This document shows, one piece after another, positions 26,005 through 32,000 of a stretch of DNA of 32,000 nt. The stretch comes from an archaeon (lineage in GTDB: Archaea > Asgardarchaeota > Thorarchaeia > Thorarchaeales > Thorarchaeaceae), in the NCBI GenBank assembly GCA_024275415.1, contig JAJRZD010000024.1:60001-92000 (forward strand), written 5' to 3'. Every line of letters starts with the position of its first letter. The first letter of the stretch is position 1. The notes below the pieces were generated by a model. The model was given only the letters and a program-made list of their open reading frames with translations. It ran no database searches and was not told the origin of the DNA. The translations under genes were made by a program, and so were the position numbers.

Positions 26005-27312
26005 ATGATGACTGACAAGGAGAAGCTGCAGAAAGCAATGCAATCAATAAAAGAAGGGAAAAAAGAGATAGCTTGCAAGCTTCTTGCACAGGTCGCCGAG
26101 AACTTCTCAGCCAAACGAGAGTACAAACGCGCAGCACGTGTCTTTGAGAAAGCTGGTATCCTTGCCAGAATCATGAATCGTCCTGAGGAAGCGTTGGCAT
26201 ATCTAGAAAAAGCAGTAGTCGAATATATGAGAATGCACTCTGATGATGTGCATCCAGAGATTGTAAGAGTGAACTCCCTTGCTGCGGAGGTTGCGGCAGA
26301 TACCCAGGACTTTGGAGCAGCAGCCGAGTTTTATTTCAGAGCTCTAGATTTCGAACAAGAGGAGCAGAAGCCGGCACTCGTCTTGAAGGCAGTTGATGCA
26401 TTAGAAACTCTAGCGGATAGGCAAGAGGTCGAGGGAAACCTAGAGGAGTCAATCAGACTAATCAAGAAAATCAGCAGGATATACTATTCGTTGGATGATG
26501 AAGAACTTGGACACCGAATGAACGAGCGAGCAATCAGGACTGCCCTTAGATGGGCTGAGAATGCAAAACAAGCAAAAGATTACTTACAAGTGGGCAACGC
26601 TCTAGCTGAAGCCGCACAACTCCATCAGTCAAACGACGAATTCGTAGATGCTGCAAAACTGATGGTTGACGCAGGAGAGCATTACGAGGCTGCTGAGGCA
26701 TACGAGAAGGCAGGGAACATCTATGACGCGGCTCAAGAGATATACAAGCTCGAGAGATTGACTGCAAAGCGGAATCAGGCAATGTTCAAAGCAGCCGAGG
26801 CATATGTGAAGATGGAGGGAAAGCCAGAGGTCGTAGCACCTTTGCTTGTTAAGGCAGGAGATATGTTCTCCGAACTGCAAAGCACAATGAAGGCAAGATG
26901 GGCCTACAAAAAAGTCAATGAGATCTTTGAGAGATTGGCAAAGTCTGCTGCTGAGATCCAAGATATAGAATCCGAGAAGACCTATCTGAGATATCAAGCA
27001 ATGTGCTTGGAGAAGTGGGGCAGCGAAGAAGAGGCTGAGCAAATTTACAACGAGGTGATAGACTACTTCCTCACGCAAGCAAAGCAGGAGGAAGAACGGG
27101 ATAACAAGGAGCTTCAGGCACTCTCGTTAGAATCGGCAGCAGGGGTTCTCATCGAGGCAGGTAGGATTGAAGAAGCCAAGATCCATCAAGAAAGAGCCAT
27201 AGAACTCTATGTCGAGCTTGCGGATTCAAGTGCAGTAAGGGAAAGCTTTGATGAGAGCTCCAGATTTTACTCGAAGGCTGCCGAATGTGCAGGAAAGATG
27301 GGAGAGCATTAA
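26005..27312 (+). CDS. Alpha-SNAP-like/TPR-like helical solenoid protein, N-terminal part (same frame continues after TAA)
   Basis: Repeated A-x3-(F/Y)-x2-A helical units; segment AKDYLQVGNALAEAAQLH...DAAKLMVDAG resembles alpha-SNAP. Confidence 0.8.
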   Translation: MMTDKEKLQKAMQSIKEGKKEIACKLLAQVAENFSAKREYKRAARVFEKAGILARIMNRPEEALAYLEKAVVEYMRMHSDDVHPEIVRVNSLAAEVAADTQDFGAAAEFYFRALDFEQEEQKPALVLKAVDALETLADRQEVEGNLEESIRLIKKISRIYYSLDDEELGHRMNERAIRTALRWAENAKQAKDYLQVGNALAEAAQLHQSNDEFVDAAKLMVDAGEHYEAAEAYEKAGNIYDAAQEIYKLERLTAKRNQAMFKAAEAYVKMEGKPEVVAPLLVKAGDMFSELQSTMKARWAYKKVNEIFERLAKSAAEIQDIESEKTYLRYQAMCLEKWGSEEEAEQIYNEVIDYFLTQAKQEEERDNKELQALSLESAAGVLIEAGRIEEAKIHQERAIELYVELADSSAVRESFDESSRFYSKAAECAGKMGEH

Positions 27313-27807
27313 CGTGAGGAGTCATTTCATTGGATTGCAAGCGAGAAGGCCGAGCAGGCTGCAAAGCTCTATGAAAAGATGGAAATTCATGAGTTGGCAA
27401 CAGTATGGACTAGAACAGCAGGACTGGAAGCTCTACAGATTAATAATCAAGATACCCTTGAGCGAGCGACTCGGCTGCTTGAAAAGTCAGCAAGGGAGTT
27501 CTTGAGCATAGGCGAGGAGAAAGAGGCATTCAATGACCTATTCATGGTCTACTCGACCATTTACTCATGGAAACAACCCGAGTCGTCGGATCACCTCGAT
27601 GAAATAATGAGCCAATTAGAAGAGATTGCAAGGATAACAAAAGACGAGGAGGTTCAAGCAACGATGGCGGTGGTTCGAGAGCTCCAAAGAGGAAAATACA
27701 TAGCTGCGCTCCTAGCACTGCAAGAGAGGGAGGATGACCTCCTGAGTCGGCGCGATAAGCTTAGGGAACTCATCAAACTTGGTGATTCAAAAGAGAGAGC
27801 AAAATAA
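27313..27807 (+). CDS. C-terminal part of the same solenoid gene (callable separately from ATG 27379)
   Basis: Same frame as 26005..27312; codons 27313-27378 (REESFHWIASEKAEQAAKLYEK) continue the repeat pattern. Confidence 0.75.
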   Translation, partial: REESFHWIASEKAEQAAKLYEKMEIHELATVWTRTAGLEALQINNQDTLERATRLLEKSAREFLSIGEEKEAFNDLFMVYSTIYSWKQPESSDHLDEIMSQLEEIARITKDEEVQATMAVVRELQRGKYIAALLALQEREDDLLSRRDKLRELIKLGDSKERAK

Positions 27808-27854
27808 ATCAACATCTCCTCATTTCCCCATCTATAGTTATGTGAGGCGATAAA

Positions 27855-28274
27855 ATGGGAACATATCACGAAACAATCGAAGTCGGGACAAAGGGCAACT
27901 GCGATATGATTGACATCACAGATCAAGTATCTGATGCAATCCGGAAAAGCAATTTGCAAAACGGGATTTGCACAGTCTTTTGTCCTGGGTCGACGGGAGC
28001 CATCACGACCATAGAATACGAGGGAGGGTTGTTAGAAGATTTCCCGGTCGCAATGGAACGGCTAGCGCCTCAGGATGCAGTGTACCAGCACCATTTACGA
28101 TGGAGAGATGGCAATGGGCATTCACATGTCAGAGCATCCATACTGGGACCAAGCATCACGATCCCCTTTGTGAACACGCAACTCACACTGGGGACTTGGC
28201 AGCAAATCACGTTCATCGACTTTGACAATAAAGCACGTAACAGAAGACTAGAAGTCATGCTGATTGGTGAGTGA
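27855..28274 (+). CDS. yjbQ: YjbQ/UPF0047-family protein (secondary thiamine-phosphate synthase-like)
   Basis: FCPGSTGAITTIE, YQHH...DGNGHSHVRASILG, LGTWQQI. Confidence 0.93.
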   Translation: MGTYHETIEVGTKGNCDMIDITDQVSDAIRKSNLQNGICTVFCPGSTGAITTIEYEGGLLEDFPVAMERLAPQDAVYQHHLRWRDGNGHSHVRASILGPSITIPFVNTQLTLGTWQQITFIDFDNKARNRRLEVMLIGE

Positions 28275-28541
28275 TTACCAGATTGCCTCACTCGCTCTCA
28301 AGTCCCATATCAGCTCGCGGGTGCTTAGGGAGGGAGCTGACTCACGAATCTTCAGAGCGAGATAATGAATCCGAAGGGCTCTCCTTAGCCTATGGAGCTG
28401 GTATGGTCGATCCCATCCTTGTGGTGAGTTCCTGTAGTCAAAAGAATCCATCAAGCTTCGAATCGTATCAATTTCTTTTTGCACTTGTTCTTTAATATCA
28501 TCAATCGCACGATCAATGACGAGTCCTCTTCGGTGATCCAT
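28275..28541 (-). CDS. Small hypothetical protein
   Basis: 88 codons, GAGG RBS upstream, fills the gap downstream of nob1; no motif recognised. Confidence 0.55.
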   Translation of the reverse strand: MDHRRGLVIDRAIDDIKEQVQKEIDTIRSLMDSFDYRNSPQGWDRPYQLHRLRRALRIHYLALKIRESAPSLSTRELIWDLRASEAIW

Positions 28542-28613
28542 CTCTGTGACCTCATAAGAGGTGTTTCATCATGTCAAGATAATGACGAGTATGACACAGG
28601 TAATACTGAGGTC

Positions 28614-29126
28614 TCATTGAAGCCTGCGTTGTGAACGCCTCGTTCTCCGCATTCTAGTCCCGCATACGACACAGTCGCTTTCTTTGCTGGTCGAACTTGT
28701 ATGTCCGCATGCCGGACACTTCAAGGCCCATCTGACAACACGCTTCATCCTACCTGTGGGATCCAGAATGTCTATGTCCAAATGTCTGGCAGTGTTGAGA
28801 AGTGCTAAATCTGTAGAAACCATGACAGCTTCTTGACCGGATTCTTTCTTTTGAAGTGCAAGTCCTACTAATTCAATATCAACTTCTGAAAGCTCCCTGA
28901 TATCACCAGAGGCTTCAGCTGCGGACCTCACCTTTTCGATATACGGAGAATCCACATCTTCTATCACAAGATATCCTGTAGAGATTAGGGATTCTGCCCT
29001 TCTCAAGCTGGGTCTATTCTTCAGTTCGGAGATGACATTGTGTGTTGTCACGAATCTAGAAGATGGATTTCGAAGTGTCCAATCAGAGAACAGAATCCCA
29101 GCGTCCACAACATGTATCTGTGCCAC
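28614..29126 (-). CDS. nob1: Nob1-like PIN endonuclease with C-terminal zinc ribbon
   Basis: VVDAG, TTHNVISEL, LSEVDIELVGLA, STDLALLN, CPACG...CVVCG. Confidence 0.88.
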   Translation of the reverse strand: MAQIHVVDAGILFSDWTLRNPSSRFVTTHNVISELKNRPSLRRAESLISTGYLVIEDVDSPYIEKVRSAAEASGDIRELSEVDIELVGLALQKKESGQEAVMVSTDLALLNTARHLDIDILDPTGRMKRVVRWALKCPACGHTSSTSKESDCVVCGTRMRRTRRSQRRLQ

Positions 29127-29127
29127 C

Positions 29128-30018
29128 CTAGGCCACCTGTTTGGTACGCGGCACGAGTCGTGTGTTCAATCGGTGATAATAGTTATCGCTGAGACGAATG
29201 AACCGACTCACACCATCGGACTTCTTGACCCACACAATCCCACCATGTTCGACCTCATAGTTTGTCTGCCCGTCAATCACCGCCAGTCCTTGTGCTCCCT
29301 TCTTGACAAGTTCGAGCTCTATGACACCGTCATCAGGAAAGACCATGGACTTCAATTCAAAACGTGGCGGGCAGACAGGAACGAAGATGATGCCGTGAAC
29401 TCTGGGTGTAAGTATCGAGCCACCGGCAGCAAGCGCATATGCACTAGACCCTGTGGGAGTCGCAACCATTGCTCCGTCAGCTCTACCAAAGTCCACCTGA
29501 ATGCCATCAACCCTAACATCGAAAGTGAGAAGACGACCCGGAATCCTAGATACGACATAGACCTCATTCAATGCGTCCTCGAACCGGACATCCTCAGTAC
29601 CTGAAGCAAGATTGATGTTATTCTCAATAATGCAATCATTGTCAAGAACCTTGTTTAGGGCATTCTGGGCATAACGGGTGCTAGTTTCTGTCATGAATCC
29701 AACAGTGCCTTTGTTCACGCAGAACAGAGGAATCTGTCTGCTGGGAAGGCGGTAGAGGGTATAGAGTATCGTACCATCGCCACCAACCGTAATAACGAAA
29801 TCAACATCCATGTCTTCGATATCGACCACATCGACATGCTTGTGTGTTGAAGGACAGGAACCCCGATCGACCAGAACCTTGATGTTACGACGAGTCAGTA
29901 CATCAACGAGAAGACTAGCAGTCTTCTCAATCTCCTTTCTTCCAGGCTTACATACAAGACCCACCGTACGCTTCTCACTCAGGATTTGAGGATTAGTTTC
30001 TATCGACAAAGGAAGCAC
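29128..30018 (-). CDS. ppnK: NAD kinase
   Basis: GGDGT, GTVGFM, ALNE, DGAMVATPTGSSAYALAAGG, IDGQ. Confidence 0.95.
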   Translation of the reverse strand: MLPLSIETNPQILSEKRTVGLVCKPGRKEIEKTASLLVDVLTRRNIKVLVDRGSCPSTHKHVDVVDIEDMDVDFVITVGGDGTILYTLYRLPSRQIPLFCVNKGTVGFMTETSTRYAQNALNKVLDNDCIIENNINLASGTEDVRFEDALNEVYVVSRIPGRLLTFDVRVDGIQVDFGRADGAMVATPTGSSAYALAAGGSILTPRVHGIIFVPVCPPRFELKSMVFPDDGVIELELVKKGAQGLAVIDGQTNYEVEHGGIVWVKKSDGVSRFIRLSDNYYHRLNTRLVPRTKQVA

Positions 30019-30165
30019 CCATATCGACCATCCAGAGGTTCCCTTTTACTGTTGTCGTTACAATAGATTTCGGATGGACTGGGCAGTGAAAGAAAAAGTA
30101 TAATTGGAACCCTCGGGTTGAAAATAACTGGATTGGTCTGCGTTGACTGATTTGAGTGTGATATT

Positions 30166-30561
30166 ATGAGTATCAAAAAAGCTGTTGTAAAAAGCCTCAA
30201 ACCAGGAAGCTACTTTATGCTTGAAGATGAGCCCTGTAGAATTGTGAGTATTGAAAAATCCAAACCTGGAAAGCATGGGGCTGCGAAGGCAAACATCACC
30301 GCGGTCGGCTTCTTCACGGGAAGAAAACGAAACGCCATCATGCCAGCAGACCGCATGGTGGATGTTCCCGTCATCGATAAACGGAGCGCTACCATAATTG
30401 CAGATCTGGGCGACAACCTAAGCATCATGGACTCTGAAAGCTACGAGACCTTTGAAGTGGAACGGCCTACTGACCAAGAACTGGCGAGTAAAACTGTAGT
30501 CAATGCTGAAATCGAGTATTGGGATGTAATGGGCAAGAAAGTCATTACCCGAGTCAAATAA
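30166..30561 (+). CDS. eif5a: Translation factor aIF5A/eIF5A
   Basis: KSKPGKHGAAK hypusine-site motif. Confidence 0.97.
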   Translation: MSIKKAVVKSLKPGSYFMLEDEPCRIVSIEKSKPGKHGAAKANITAVGFFTGRKRNAIMPADRMVDVPVIDKRSATIIADLGDNLSIMDSESYETFEVERPTDQELASKTVVNAEIEYWDVMGKKVITRVK

Positions 30562-30645
30562 GGTCGGTCTTGAATCAAGGTGAGGTGCAAGGACAGTATC
30601 GGTTCTTTATGTTCGATTTCTCCTCTGAGATGAGGTGTCTGGGAC

Positions 30646-31101
30646 ATGGCATCGAAAGAGATGATTGATGAGGAGGATCGTAAAATCATTGCCATGCTCA
30701 GAGAGAATGCGCGTAGGTCTCTGAGGAGCATGGCAAAGGAAGTCAAGATAAGCCCATCCTCAGTCAGGAATCGAATCGAGCGGCTCGTCCAGAAGGGGAT
30801 AATCAAGAGATTCACAGTGGATGTGGATCCTAGAAAGATAGGATACGAACTACAGGTAATTGTATTGGTCACATCCCGCCCAGGTGCATCGGACTCGTTA
30901 TTCAAGGCATTACAGTCCTTTCCTCAGATTTCCAGTGTCCATTGGACATCAGGCCCGGCGAATTTCGTATGCATGATCCGCGTTCACGATATGAACGACC
31001 TATCACATTTCCTCACCTCAGAGTTGGAGAAGCTCAAAGGAGTAGAACGAGTTGAAAGTATGTTCGTTATGGCCCAAAGCGAGAAGGACAGCCTTCTGTA
31101 A
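30646..31101 (+). CDS. Lrp/AsnC-family transcriptional regulator
   Basis: IDEEDRKIIAMLRENARRSLRSMAKEVKISPSSVRNRIERL...GIIKRF and AsnC ligand-binding C-terminus. Confidence 0.94.
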   Translation: MASKEMIDEEDRKIIAMLRENARRSLRSMAKEVKISPSSVRNRIERLVQKGIIKRFTVDVDPRKIGYELQVIVLVTSRPGASDSLFKALQSFPQISSVHWTSGPANFVCMIRVHDMNDLSHFLTSELEKLKGVERVESMFVMAQSEKDSLL

Positions 31102-31116
31102 GAACAAACAAGGAGT

Positions 31117-31232
31117 TGGTGCGGAGGGCGAGATTCGAACTCGCGATTCGGCCGGGGCTGAGAACCAGCCCTGTACACCTACGTGATAAGGACCTGAACC
31201 TTACGCCTTTGACCTGGCTTGGCAACCTCCGC
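31117..31232 (-). tRNA. tRNA-Leu(CAG) with encoded CCA and a 28-nt intron (31147-31174)
   Basis: Acceptor GCGGAGG/CCTCCGC-A-CCA; D arm GCC/GGC; anticodon arm TAAGG-TTCAGGT-CCTTA; variable arm CAC-GTAG-GTG; T arm GCGAG-TTCGAAT-CTCGC; removing 28 nt gives an 88-nt type II tRNA. Confidence 0.92.
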
Positions 31233-31306
31233 AAGCACGAAGGGCGAATCATTTTCGAGAGATAAGCATTTCTATGCCTCAATGCGGGGTGTGTCGGGCT
31301 GGTTTG

Positions 31307-31999
31307 CTATTGTGTGTCATCATATACTCGTTTCTGAGCCATCTCTCTTTTTAGCGAGTCCCAATCACCAATCTGTTCGAGTACTTCGGCATCATTGAGG
31401 GCCTTGTGAGTTGGGCCGTCGAAAAGAACTCGACCTTCCTTCAAAGCAATGAGCGAATCTGCCCAATTCTCGATGAAAAACCGGTTGTGGGTTGTGAACA
31501 GGACACTGATACCATCGTCCCTGAGCCTTTGGATGATGTCGAATATGCTGCGAACCATCGGGAAGTCCAACCCAGTGAACGGTTCGTCAAGAAACAGTAT
31601 CTTTGGTTTCATAGCTAGGATTCCTGCAAGAGCAACACGTTTTGCCTGTCCGTGGGACATCTGGTTCACTGGTCTATGTGCAAGGTCAGTCATCCGAACA
31701 AAATCCAATGCTTCAGTTACCCGCTGGCCCACCTCGGATTCTGGCAGCCCAAGATTTCTAGGTCCAAACGCAACATCCTCCCAAACGGTAGGAGCAAACA
31801 GTTGATCATCCGGATTTTGAAATAGGAAACCAATATCCTTCCGAACGTCCCAAAGATTCTCTCGACCTAATTTCTGATCAAAAATGTATATCTCTCCCTC
31901 ATCGGGTTCAAGGAGACCCAACATCAGTTTGAATAGGGTAGTTTTTCCGGATCCATTCAGGCCCACCAAGGCTTTGTGTTCGCACAGATGCAATTGCAT
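31307..31999 (-). CDS. cbiO: ECF/CbiO-type transporter ATPase (probably 5'-truncated by window edge)
   Basis: GLNGSGKTT, FLFQNPDDQLFAPTVWEDVAFGPRN, MSHGQAKRVALAG, LFLDEPFTGLD, TTHN. Confidence 0.92.
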   Translation of the reverse strand: MQLHLCEHKALVGLNGSGKTTLFKLMLGLLEPDEGEIYIFDQKLGRENLWDVRKDIGFLFQNPDDQLFAPTVWEDVAFGPRNLGLPESEVGQRVTEALDFVRMTDLAHRPVNQMSHGQAKRVALAGILAMKPKILFLDEPFTGLDFPMVRSIFDIIQRLRDDGISVLFTTHNRFFIENWADSLIALKEGRVLFDGPTHKALNDAEVLEQIGDWDSLKREMAQKRVYDDTQ

Positions 32000-32000
32000 A

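Noticed and set aside
14925-27312. Genome-wide reassignment of TAA to a sense codon
   Set aside because: rps26e (705-707), eif5a (30559-30561) and the Lrp gene end at TAA at family-typical lengths.
30166-30561. Functional link between aIF5A and the PPPP-containing Roadblock proteins
   Set aside because: aIF5A is universal in archaea and lies about 17 kb away; proximity carries no information.
1-32000. CRISPR array, rRNA, integrase or transposase
   Set aside because: No regularly spaced repeats, rRNA-like sequence or recombinase/DDE motifs seen.

Overview
Archaeal chromosomal segment, very probably from an Asgard archaeon (Thorarchaeota-like; inferred from rps26e, rpl13e, class I LysRS, aIF5A, a PAC2 chaperone, Nob1, TrmY and Bet3/TRAPPC3-like proteins). 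Mostly housekeeping and metabolic genes. Highlights: (1) an 8.7-13.6 kb cluster with a duplicated two-gene module (Roadblock-PPPP-tandem winged-helix protein followed by a Bet3/TRAPPC3-like V4R protein), plus a third V4R gene and a convergent pair of probably paralogous membrane proteins, a candidate proto-TRAPP or GTPase-regulatory platform with no GTPase in the window; (2) rpl13e continues past an in-frame TAA into a 65-codon helix-hairpin-helix domain; (3) a 600-codon alpha-SNAP-like solenoid gene is also split by one in-frame TAA; (4) an AT-rich three-gene HEPN cassette bracketed by a 13-bp direct repeat; (5) tRNA-Leu(CAG) with a 28-nt intron at a non-canonical position; (6) a ribokinase-family protein lacking its catalytic motif, coupled to a CDP-alcohol phosphatidyltransferase. 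All family assignments come from motif recognition by eye and recalled reference sequences; no searches were run.
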